This document shows positions 1-8,177 of a stretch of DNA of 64,000 bases, one piece after another. The translations under genes and the position numbers were made by a program. The stretch is from Candidatus Latescibacterota bacterium (GTDB taxonomy: Bacteria; Latescibacterota; UBA2968; GCA-2709665). The stretch is from positions 3,104,001 to 3,168,000 of the forward strand of contig OZ220733.1 of assembly GCA_965116875.1 (NCBI GenBank). Direction: 5' to 3'. Each line of letters opens with the position of its first letter. Position 1 is the stretch's first letter. The notes under the pieces are model-generated. The model had not been told where the DNA came from. It made no database searches and saw nothing but the letters and a program-made list of their open reading frames with translations.

Positions 1-130
1 GTCGGGTCAAATTGCCGACCTCGTGGAGACCCCGTTCAAGGGCAGGCGGCTCCGGCGTCGTTACCGAATCGCTTCCACAAGCCCAGAGGCTCGTGACGAC
101 GAACAGCGCGAACAAGATTCTGGTGGTCAT
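1..130 (-). CDS. Kelch-repeat lipoprotein, N-terminal part (runs off window edge)
   Basis: Not in ORF track. Manual minus-strand translation from ATG at 130 gives MTTRILFALFVVTSLWACGSDSVTTPEPPALERGLHEVGNLTR, nearly identical to the N-termini of the two neighbouring Kelch genes; GGAGG RBS upstream; lipobox LWAC. Confidence 0.85.
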   Translation of the reverse strand, partial: MTTRILFALFVVTSLWACGSDSVTTPEPPALERGLHEVGNLTR

Positions 131-192
131 GTTCTTTCCTCCGCTTTAGGAGTTTGTCAGGTCGACATCTACGCGACAGGGCTGGCGATGTG

Positions 193-216
193 GGCAGACA
201 GGAATGTCCGCCCCAC
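193..216 (-). repeat. REP-like hairpin class A (GTGGGGCGGACATTCCTGTCTGCC), copy 1 of 6
   Basis: Identical 24-mer at 193-216, 1464-1487, 3203-3226 (minus) and 52686-52709, 55186-55209, 57644-57667 (plus); GTGG foot followed by GGCGGACA-TTCC-TGTCTGCC stem-loop. Confidence 0.9.
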
Positions 217-288
217 CCTCACAACGGAACAGGCGACCCCTCCCCCGGCCCCTCCCCGGCACGGAGAGGGGAGCGGTCGTGCTGCCTC

Positions 289-1401
289 TCAGGGCGTGAA
301 AATGAAAATCTCATCCGAGATCGACTCATGAGAATGACTGTCATCCGCCGTCTTCATCCCGCCGGCGATTACGACGCGGCCGTCATCGAGGGGCGTCACC
401 GTCGCCCCGTATCGCCACGGCCCAATACTGTGCCCTGTAGGCGGCGAAAATACTTGAGTATCCGGATTATAAAAGGAGATATTTCCGTTGTTAAAGTGGA
501 TGAAAAACACCCTGCCGGACGGCAATAGATGGGCGGCCATTGGATTCATTGCGGACGTTCCGGCGGCCGAGAAGGTGTCTGTTTCGGGGTCATAGATCTC
601 CGTCGTCGGTACGTGAGGCCCGTTTCCGACTTGGCCACCGACGATCAGAACCCTGCCGTCCTGAAGGAGCACCGCATTGTGGTGTGCGCGGTCGAACTGC
701 AGGTCGCCTGCTCTTGAAAAGGCTTTGGACGAGGGATCGTAGATCAGATTCCGTCCGGTCAACTCGATTCCCAGGCGGGCTCCTCCAACGATCAGCACGC
801 GGCCGTCCTTCAGCAAAGTCGCCGTATGGCCATAGCCGGGATGGTCTATCGCGAATGTGTCGGAAAATGTGCCTGAAGCGGGATCGAAGACACGCGCGCG
901 GCCCGTGGATGGCCTACCGATCAAAAGGACCTCTCCGTTGGGCAACAGGGTGGCAGTACTCGTTCCATTTGACCAGGGCGCGTTTGCCGCGGAATCGAAT
1001 CTGCCGGAGTGAGGGTTGTACTTCTCAATGGGTAGATTAAGCCACCTGGATATAATCAGGACCCGACCGTCAGAAAGCAATATGCCGTGGTCGTCCCATC
1101 GACTGGCGGTCAGGTCTCCCGTTGGCGTTGAGACCCCGGTTTCAGGATCGAAGATCTCCGCGCTGACAAGGCCGTCGGGCATGAAGGGTACTCCGACTTC
1201 AATAGGAGGCATTTCCGCGTTGCCGCCGGCAATCAGGACTTTACCATTCTGTAATAGCATCGCGACATGCTCAGATCTGGGTTTGGTCAACTTGCCGACC
1301 TCGTGGAGACCCCGTTCAAGGTCCGGCGCCGTCACCGAATCGCTTCCGCAAGCCCACAAGCTCGTGACGACGAACAGCGCAAACAAGATTCTGGCGGTCA
1401 T
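289..1401 (-). CDS. Kelch/galactose-oxidase-type beta-propeller lipoprotein
   Basis: Lipoprotein signal (LWAC) and repeated R..H.A.LL.DGRVLI.GG...EIYDP motifs. Confidence 0.9.
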   Translation of the reverse strand: MTARILFALFVVTSLWACGSDSVTAPDLERGLHEVGKLTKPRSEHVAMLLQNGKVLIAGGNAEMPPIEVGVPFMPDGLVSAEIFDPETGVSTPTGDLTASRWDDHGILLSDGRVLIISRWLNLPIEKYNPHSGRFDSAANAPWSNGTSTATLLPNGEVLLIGRPSTGRARVFDPASGTFSDTFAIDHPGYGHTATLLKDGRVLIVGGARLGIELTGRNLIYDPSSKAFSRAGDLQFDRAHHNAVLLQDGRVLIVGGQVGNGPHVPTTEIYDPETDTFSAAGTSAMNPMAAHLLPSGRVFFIHFNNGNISFYNPDTQVFSPPTGHSIGPWRYGATVTPLDDGRVVIAGGMKTADDSHSHESISDEIFIFTP

Positions 1402-1463
1402 ATTCTTTCCTCCTCTTTAAGAGTCTGTCAGGGCGACATCTACGCGACAGGGCTGGCGATGTG

Positions 1464-1487
1464 GGCAGACAGGAATGTCCGCCCCAC
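1464..1487 (-). repeat. REP-like hairpin class A, copy 2
   Basis: Identical 24-mer within a ~95-bp leader duplicated between 131-225 and 1402-1497. Confidence 0.9.
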
Positions 1488-1522
1488 CTTCACAACAGGT
1501 GCCGGTTGGTCCCCGTGTACCC

Positions 1523-2635
1523 TCAAGGCGTGAAGATAAGTACCTGATCCGTGATCTCCCGCTCCTGCCCTTCCCCACTCTGCGTCCCGTTGTCCCTGTA
1601 TTTCCAGCCGCCGGCAATCATGACCCGGTTGTCTTCAAGGAGCGTAACCGTCGCACCGCTTCGCCCCGGTCCTATGCTGTACACTGTAGGAGATAATTCA
1701 TGCGTATCCGGATTGTAAAGTACGATATTGCCGTTGGGCACGTGGATGAGCAACACTCTGCCGGACGGCAGCAGCAGGGCAGCCAGCGGCGAAATCACGG
1801 CCACTCCGACCGGCGAGAACGTGTCGGTTTCGGTGTCGTACATCTCGGCAAGGATTGCCTGTTCCGAACCGGTATGGCCGCCCAGGATCAGAACTCTGCC
1901 GTCATGGAGAAGCAAGGCCGTATGGCCCCAGCGGTCAACCTGCAGACGACCGGCTTCCGTAAAACCATTTGACGAGGGATGGTAGATCAGATTCCGTCCG
2001 GTCAACTCGTTATTCCTCGTGCTCCCGCCGACGATCAGCACGTGGCCGTCCTTTAGCAACGTCGACGTATGGTTTTTTCGTGTTTCCTCCATCGCGACTA
2101 CGGAGGTAAAGGCGCCCGCAACGGGGTCGAAGAGAGCCGTGTGCTGCTGGGTCGTCACGAATATCCTGCCGCTTTGAAGCAGGTTTGCGGTGGTAATGGG
2201 CGGATACCAGGGTAACTTCGCCAGAGCTTCGAATCGAGCGGATTGAGGATCATAGATCTCAACGGGGAAATCATGATATCTGGGCATGATCAGGATGCGA
2301 CCGTCGGGTAGCAGGATACCCTTGTCCGTGGATCGACTGACGGTCAAATTTCCCGTTGGTGACGAGGTCCCGGATTCGGGATCGAATATTTCGGCGCTGT
2401 TGTGGCGATTCGATGCATCGGTGAAATTCCGGATCCCCACTTTGTAGCCGCCGGCGATAAGGACTTTACCATTCTGCATTAACGTCGCGAAATGTTGATA
2501 TCGCGGTCGGGTCAAATTGCCGACCTCGTGTAGACCCCGTTCAGTGGCCGGCGGCTCCGGCGTCGTTAACGGGTCGCCGCCACAGGCCGAGAAGCACAAG
2601 AGGATGAACAGCGCAATCGCGATTCGGGCGGTCAT
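1523..2635 (-). CDS. Kelch-type beta-propeller lipoprotein (paralog)
   Basis: Lipobox FSAC; Kelch motifs; same length and C-terminus (IFTP) as 289..1401. Confidence 0.9.
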   Translation of the reverse strand: MTARIAIALFILLCFSACGGDPLTTPEPPATERGLHEVGNLTRPRYQHFATLMQNGKVLIAGGYKVGIRNFTDASNRHNSAEIFDPESGTSSPTGNLTVSRSTDKGILLPDGRILIMPRYHDFPVEIYDPQSARFEALAKLPWYPPITTANLLQSGRIFVTTQQHTALFDPVAGAFTSVVAMEETRKNHTSTLLKDGHVLIVGGSTRNNELTGRNLIYHPSSNGFTEAGRLQVDRWGHTALLLHDGRVLILGGHTGSEQAILAEMYDTETDTFSPVGVAVISPLAALLLPSGRVLLIHVPNGNIVLYNPDTHELSPTVYSIGPGRSGATVTLLEDNRVMIAGGWKYRDNGTQSGEGQEREITDQVLIFTP

Positions 2636-2782
2636 TTTCTTATCCCTCTATTGGAAATGAACCGACAGGCTCAGGGAGCGGGTCAGGACAGGTTATGGTT
2701 CTCCTGACAACGGCTTAATGACGTCCAATAAACTCGATAACGCGTGGTCATTGAGCCTGTCGAAATGCCCGCTATTCAACAG

Positions 2783-3226
2783 CCCTCCGACCCCTTCGCC
2801 TGCTCGGAGAGGGGTGAGGACGTGCTGCCTCTCAGGTGTCGCCACATGCAATTCGCAGTGGGATGATCCCATGCTGCAGTAGATCCTTCGTCGGCCTGGG
2901 GCTCCGCTGCACAACAATCTGATCTCATGTGAATGAAACAGATGTGATTCCTGGACGTTGCACCCAGGCCTCCTCTGGATGACAGCGGGAAGCTTCGTGC
3001 TCGACGATCGGCCAGCCTGTCATTCAGAGCGGAGCGAAGATCTGACCGATACATTTCGCCAATGGTTATCGCTACGCATGTCACTCAGAGCGCAGCGAAG
3101 AATCTCCCGTCTTCTCCACTGCCCTAACGGCTAAACACCAGTAAACACATTTGCGCGGACGCTTCGCAAGCCTCAAGAAACGCTAAGTACGCTAGCGAGA
3201 CGGGCAGACAGGAATGTCCGCCCCAC
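2783..3226. repeat. Composite intergenic region of several short repeat classes
   Basis: 2783-2836 resembles 237-294; GTCA(T/C)TCAGAGCG(G/C)AGCGAAGA occurs twice (~3019 and ~3080); GGCCGACGAAGGATCT (minus, ~2880-2896) recurs near 18901; class A hairpin at 3203-3226. Confidence 0.7.
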
Positions 3227-3242
3227 CCTCAAACCGGCTTCC

Positions 3243-3905
3243 TCACTGCTCGCGTTGGGATTCGGCCCTGCCGTTCTCGTCCCGGATGTCGATTGGGGTG
3301 TCTATCCGGAATCCTGTAGAGCCGTTGTTCCTTCTTTCGCGGTTCGACGTTTCTTTCTGACCCACCGGACCCATCGGCCTGCCGTTACCCGCCATCGTCG
3401 TCTCTCCCGATTCCGGCGATCCGTTGCGGCGCGCGCGAAGCACCTCCAGTTCATCCATGAATAAATCGAGCATCTCGAACAGGAATGCTTCGTAGGTCTT
3501 CCTCGTGCCTTCGTCCGCGGCCCCTTCGTTCTGTACCCTTTCAGCCATGTTTTCGAGGCCGTTCCTGATCTGGCGCGCCAGGCGTTCGGTGGCTTCTGCG
3601 GAAGACGACTCCGGTACAAAATCAATCGAAACCCGCATATTGAAAGCACGCGCGTACATCGCCAGGTCATCCAGTTTGAGCCGATCGTTGTCGCTGTTCT
3701 CGATCCTCGAGATCTTGCTCTGTGTGCAACCGGTCCGATTCGCCAGTTCCTCCTGCGTCAATTTCCGGGAACTACGCAGGGTGGACAGGGCTCGCGACAC
3801 ACGATCGTCTGCGGGACGCCCCTCCAATTCGTCGTGGAACGTCCCGTCCGTCAAGGTGTCACGCTCCAAATCCAACACCTGCGCACAACGTCTTTCCATC
3901 ACCAC
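3243..3905 (-). CDS. XRE-family helix-turn-helix regulator with C-terminal extension
   Basis: LRSSRKLTQEELANRTGCTQSKISRIEN HTH_3 motif; GGAGGGAG RBS before GTG. Confidence 0.8.
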   Translation of the reverse strand: MVMERRCAQVLDLERDTLTDGTFHDELEGRPADDRVSRALSTLRSSRKLTQEELANRTGCTQSKISRIENSDNDRLKLDDLAMYARAFNMRVSIDFVPESSSAEATERLARQIRNGLENMAERVQNEGAADEGTRKTYEAFLFEMLDLFMDELEVLRARRNGSPESGETTMAGNGRPMGPVGQKETSNRERRNNGSTGFRIDTPIDIRDENGRAESQREQ

Positions 3906-4188
3906 GCTCCCTCCTTGAACTGTTGAACCCTACTCGACAGATTTGTTCATTCGTTTGCTGAATGGCCTGGAAACTGAAAACCGCGGTGTAATGTCATTCA
4001 GACCCCAAAATGGCAGATTTCGGCGTGAGTTTATCCAAAATCGAGATAATTTATACCGTGTAACCTGTAAATTATGCAAATATAAGATAATCCCGCGGTG
4101 ATGCAATCGGTCAGTGTGGTGCAACATTGAAAAAACGGGCGATGTGGCCTGCCGTTTGCATGTGTAGTACAGCAAAATGGTAATTAAC

Positions 4189-4217
4189 TTGACAATATAT
4201 GATCTTTAAGTCATATT
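4189..4217 (+). promoter_or_regulatory. sigma70-type promoter of the toxin-antitoxin operon with overlapping palindromic operator
   Basis: TTGACA(4189-4194)-N17-CATATT(4212-4217); inverted repeat ATATGA-N8-TCATAT overlapping the spacer and -10. Confidence 0.65.
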
Positions 4218-4225
4218 TCTAAGGC

Positions 4226-4594
4226 ATGGCCTGGGACGTAAGATTCCACCCGGCGTTCGACTCCGAATTCAACGCCTTGTCCAACGACGTGCAGGACGAG
4301 TTGCTTGCACAAGCAGTGCTAATTGCGACATTCGGGCCTTTTATTGGGCGTCCGAAAGTGGACACGTTGAACGGTTCGCAACACGCCAATATGAAGGAGC
4401 TTCGATTTAGAGCTGCCGGCGGAGTTTGGAGGGTGGCATTTGCCTTTGACACTGAACGAAAAGCCGTATTACTCGCTGCGGGTGACAAGTCGGGTATAGA
4501 CGAACGCCACTTCTACCAACTGCTGATCAGGAAAGCGGACAGACGATTCAATATGGTATTGGAACAGATTCAAAATAACAGGAGGTCAAGATGA
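4226..4594 (+). CDS. Type II toxin, RelE/ParE superfamily (Gp49/HigB-like)
   Basis: GP.IGRP.VDTLNGS.H.NMKELRF...WRVAFAFD..RKAVLL.AGDKSG signature; overlaps antitoxin start (ATGA). Confidence 0.88.
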   Translation: MAWDVRFHPAFDSEFNALSNDVQDELLAQAVLIATFGPFIGRPKVDTLNGSQHANMKELRFRAAGGVWRVAFAFDTERKAVLLAAGDKSGIDERHFYQLLIRKADRRFNMVLEQIQNNRRSR

Positions 4595-4929
4595 CGACAC
4601 TCACTGAGATAATCGGCAAGCTGCCCGAGGCACGACGGAGGAAAGTGGAAGAACGAGCCAGGGCGCTGATCGCCGAAGAGATGTCGCTGCGAGACCTGCG
4701 AAAGGCCCGAAAGTGGACGCAGGTGCGCGTAGCGAAGGAACTCGGGATCAACCAGGAAAACGTATCCCGTATCGAAAAGCGCAGCGATCTGCTGCTTTCC
4801 ACGCTCAGTGGCTACGTCGAAGCGATGGGAGGTACATTGCGCCTGGTGGCGGAATTCCCGGACCGCCCTCCCATTGCGCTTGCCGGCATCGCGGCCCTGG
4901 ACAAGGAGGACCTTCCGGAAAAGTCCTAG
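4591..4929 (+). CDS. XRE-family antitoxin (HigA-like)
   Basis: LRDLRKARKWTQVRVAKELGINQENVSRIEKRSDLLLSTL..YVEAMGG.L; downstream of toxin. Confidence 0.88.
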   Translation: MTTLTEIIGKLPEARRRKVEERARALIAEEMSLRDLRKARKWTQVRVAKELGINQENVSRIEKRSDLLLSTLSGYVEAMGGTLRLVAEFPDRPPIALAGIAALDKEDLPEKS

Positions 4930-4992
4930 GCGTATACGGTTTCGATCTTGACTGCGATCCAGACGTGGCAGACAAGCCATTGCCGATCCACC

Positions 4993-6573
4993 TTACTGCG
5001 TAGATACCGTCGCCGACGGGGGACCCTCGTTCGCAGGTCGCCGGTAGTCCACGGCGGTGATGCGGTAATAGAACGACCCGGATGCCGCACCCGTATCCAC
5101 GTAGCGCGTGGTGACCAGGGGCGTCTCGTTCAGAGGCGCGAATGGCCCTTCAGGCCCGGCCGCCCGGTACACGATGTACCCTTTAAGCCCTGTCAGCGCC
5201 GTGCCGTCGGCGTCGGTTTCCGGACGGCTCCAGGAAATCCGCACGTCCGCTCTGCTGCGTTCCGCTTCGACGTGCCGCGGCGCGCCCGGCGGCCACCTGT
5301 CGTACGCCTGCGTGGCAATGCCCAGCATCGCTGCCGTGGCCGCCACATGAGCAGGCGACGCCTGAATGGAAATTTCCTTTTCGAAAAACGCGGCCATCGA
5401 TTCCCAGATCCGGTAGTCGTATCCTGCCAGATAGAGGAACCCCCATCCTCTCCAGCCCCGTTCAGCGTCGAGCTTACTTGCCGGACCGCCTATATAGTAC
5501 CTGAACGACGGCTCCTCCAGGCTGCCGTTCCAGACGTGGCGGACGAAAGTATTGGCCATCCTCCAAAGGTCCATCCGGGTGAAACTCAGACCGCTTTGGA
5601 CCCCCTGCAGTGCCGCCTGGATATCGATAAAGGCGTGTCCTACGTCCTCCATCAGGTCGGGCCAGTGGCTTTCGGGACCGTATTTCCAGGTATAAGCCTC
5701 AGTTTCCGGATCGTACAGCAGTCGATCATGGAAGTTCCGCAACATTTGCTCGCTATTGTCCGCGTAAAACGGGGCAAAGCCTTCCTTGTACGGCTTGTAA
5801 TACGGCGACCCGGAAAGGCGGCGGAGCGTAACCAGGCCGTCCGCGAACGACAGGAACATATTCAGCGGCTGGCGCCTCCACCCGGACCACTCGTAGACGT
5901 GGTATCCCGCGTCGTCGCCATAGCGGCTGCTGTCGCCCTCCGTCCACCCCGGGTCCGGCGCCCAGTTGGCATACCACTTGGCAATGACGTCCTCTTCCAC
6001 GGCGCGCAGGTACTCATCCGCTTTGGCCCTGTAGGTCGCGTGCAGGGACGGGTCTTCCCAGACCAGTTCCACAAAAGCCAGGATCGGGCTGATAATCAAT
6101 CCGTCGTCGGAAAACCATTCCGTGTATTCGGGCCTGTACTGGAGGTACCGGTTCTGCCCCCAGCCCCCGTATCCGTCCACGTACCGGGGATCGTAGACAT
6201 CATACGGCGGCACGTCCGACCGGGCGATCAGAATGCGATCTACCTGTTCGACCAGTTTGTCCAGCCAGACCGGTTCTTTGAACGTCCGGTAGAGGTTCAG
6301 GTACATTCGCTGCACGTAGGCCGACGGACCCCACGCGAACGACCCGCCGTCGCGGCCGTCCAGATATTTGTCGCCGTACGTTCGATCCCATTTTGCAAAG
6401 GCCTCGTACCAGTCGGTACTCACGGCGCCTTCGAACGGGACGGCTGGGAGTTTCTCTTCAGACGCGGCCGAGGCGCCAGTCCAGCCGAACACAACGGGAA
6501 GGAATGCGAAGAGGCAGATACGCAGTGGGAGGGTAACCCGGATATGTCCGGAGTTCACCATCGGACGATACAT
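4993..6573 (-). CDS. Secreted protein, Trp/Tyr-rich probable alpha-helical barrel plus C-terminal FN3 domain
   Basis: Signal-like segment ending ASA-A; FN3-like tail (APRHVEA...ISW...GYIVYR...YYRITAVD...NEGPPS). Start placed at 6573 (or 6561) because the ORF-track extension runs through a REP. Confidence 0.65.
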   Translation of the reverse strand: MYRPMVNSGHIRVTLPLRICLFAFLPVVFGWTGASAASEEKLPAVPFEGAVSTDWYEAFAKWDRTYGDKYLDGRDGGSFAWGPSAYVQRMYLNLYRTFKEPVWLDKLVEQVDRILIARSDVPPYDVYDPRYVDGYGGWGQNRYLQYRPEYTEWFSDDGLIISPILAFVELVWEDPSLHATYRAKADEYLRAVEEDVIAKWYANWAPDPGWTEGDSSRYGDDAGYHVYEWSGWRRQPLNMFLSFADGLVTLRRLSGSPYYKPYKEGFAPFYADNSEQMLRNFHDRLLYDPETEAYTWKYGPESHWPDLMEDVGHAFIDIQAALQGVQSGLSFTRMDLWRMANTFVRHVWNGSLEEPSFRYYIGGPASKLDAERGWRGWGFLYLAGYDYRIWESMAAFFEKEISIQASPAHVAATAAMLGIATQAYDRWPPGAPRHVEAERSRADVRISWSRPETDADGTALTGLKGYIVYRAAGPEGPFAPLNETPLVTTRYVDTGAASGSFYYRITAVDYRRPANEGPPSATVSTQ

Positions 6574-6592
6574 TGGTGACAGACCGACGAAA

Positions 6593-6620
6593 GGCGGGCG
6601 CCCACAAGGGACGCCCCTAC
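6593..6620 (-). repeat. REP-like hairpin class B (GTAGGGGCGTCCCTTGTGGGCGCCC)
   Basis: GTAG foot plus imperfect palindrome; related copies start near 52602, 55136, 57574 and 60045. Confidence 0.75.
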
Positions 6621-6646
6621 AGATGTAACATAGGTGAGGGTGCTCT

Positions 6647-6794
6647 CCCCCCAACCCCTCAGAAGCGGGTAGACGTAAGCCGGAAGAGGGTAGAGATCGT
6701 CTGCCTAGCAGTGTTTCAACTCAGGCCGCAGGCCGGTAGGCGGAACAGATCGGCAAGGATTTCTTTTACCGTCTTACGTCTCCCGTCTCACCGC
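6647..6794. repeat. ~150-bp dispersed element with inverted heptamer-repeat arms, copy A
   Basis: Left arm GCGGGTAGACGTAAGCCGGAAGAGGGTAGA, right arm TACCGTCTTACGTCTCCCGTCTCACCGC; aligns by eye with the reverse complement of 28272-28420. Confidence 0.65.
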
Positions 6795-6800
6795 CTTTTG

Positions 6801-7883
6801 CTATGGTCTATAAATCAGGATCTGGTCCGTCGCCGCGAGGTCCTTCAAGCCTCCAGCGATAAGTACACGGCCGTCTCGAAGCAGCGTTGTCGTATAGAAC
6901 ACGCGATTCTCGCCGATGCTGTCTCCGGTGGGACCGAACGCGCCGGTTGCGGGATCGTAGAGGATGACCTCGCCGCTTTCCCCAATGATGAACACTTGGC
7001 CCGACGGCAGTAACGTGGCCGCGTGAATCGCTTCAAATCCGGGATCCCCTTCCGAGGAAAATGTCCCCGTTTCGGGATCGTATCGCTCGGCGGCGGTTAC
7101 CGGCTCTTCGGACCCCTCGTCGCCGGTACTCCCGCCAATGACCAGCACGCTGCCGTCCTGGAGGAGAATCGCCCTGTGATCCTGCCGTTCGTATCGCAGG
7201 TCGCCTGTGCGTGTAAGCGTATTGGTCGGCGGATCGTAGATTTCGGATTCCTTCACGATACCCGACGCATTGCTGCCGCCAACGATGAGGACCCGCCCAT
7301 CCCGCAGCAAAGTTGCCGTATGCCCGGCGCGAATCACGACCGTCCCGGGGAGCGACGTGAATTCTCGCGTATCGGGGTCGAAGAGGGCAACGCCCAACGA
7401 GTAATACGTCAGGACCTTTCCATCGGGCAGTAACGTGATCGACCAGATCCGTGCGAATGCCTGCTGATAGGGCTCAGGCGTGAACCGCCCGGTCCGCGGA
7501 TCGAAAAATTCCAACGGCGCCTGATCTGCGCCCGCCAGAAGCACCCGGCCGTCCGGCATTAAGATTCCCATGTCGAGTGTTCGCGGCAGCGACAGATCGC
7601 CCCGTCTGCTCGAGGTCCCCGTTTCCGGATCGAATACTTCCGAACTGGTGCGAAAGAGTGAGGATGACACCTGACCCGGATTTTGAGTCGCGGCGCCTCC
7701 GGTGATCAGGACGGTTCCGTCCTGCAGCAGCACCGACGCGTGCCAGAACCGTCGCTCCGTCATCTGACCGGCAACCTCGAAACCCAACAGATCGCTCGTC
7801 GCCTCCGGGGAAGTCGGCACAGGTGAACCACAGCCCATCATGCTCGCCACAATCAACAGCACGGAAATCATCCTAACGGTCAT
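6801..7883 (-). CDS. Kelch-type beta-propeller lipoprotein (more distant paralog)
   Basis: Start MTVRMISVLLIVASMMGC with GAGGAAGG upstream; Kelch motifs throughout. Confidence 0.88.
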   Translation of the reverse strand: MTVRMISVLLIVASMMGCGSPVPTSPEATSDLLGFEVAGQMTERRFWHASVLLQDGTVLITGGAATQNPGQVSSSLFRTSSEVFDPETGTSSRRGDLSLPRTLDMGILMPDGRVLLAGADQAPLEFFDPRTGRFTPEPYQQAFARIWSITLLPDGKVLTYYSLGVALFDPDTREFTSLPGTVVIRAGHTATLLRDGRVLIVGGSNASGIVKESEIYDPPTNTLTRTGDLRYERQDHRAILLQDGSVLVIGGSTGDEGSEEPVTAAERYDPETGTFSSEGDPGFEAIHAATLLPSGQVFIIGESGEVILYDPATGAFGPTGDSIGENRVFYTTTLLRDGRVLIAGGLKDLAATDQILIYRP

Positions 7884-8177
7884 CAGGTATCCTTCCTCGG
7901 CGTCGTAACCTCGCCCCCAGCCCCGCAGACCTCTCTCCCCGGCCCTCTCTCCTACCAGGAGAGAGGGAGCAAAAACAGGCTTCGCGTGCCGGTTATTGAT
8001 AGACACTCTGATTTACAAGGAAACACCACCGGTTTTCCGCTCTCCTCAGCAATCCGCTTCCGTTCGACTCTTGCGAGAGTCCGATTGCAGAAGTGACAGA
8101 CGTCAAAGTTACCGCTACTTTTCCCTTCTTCCTTTTTCCTTCTTCCTTCAGGAAGGGGGTAGGTCCCGCCGACCGAG

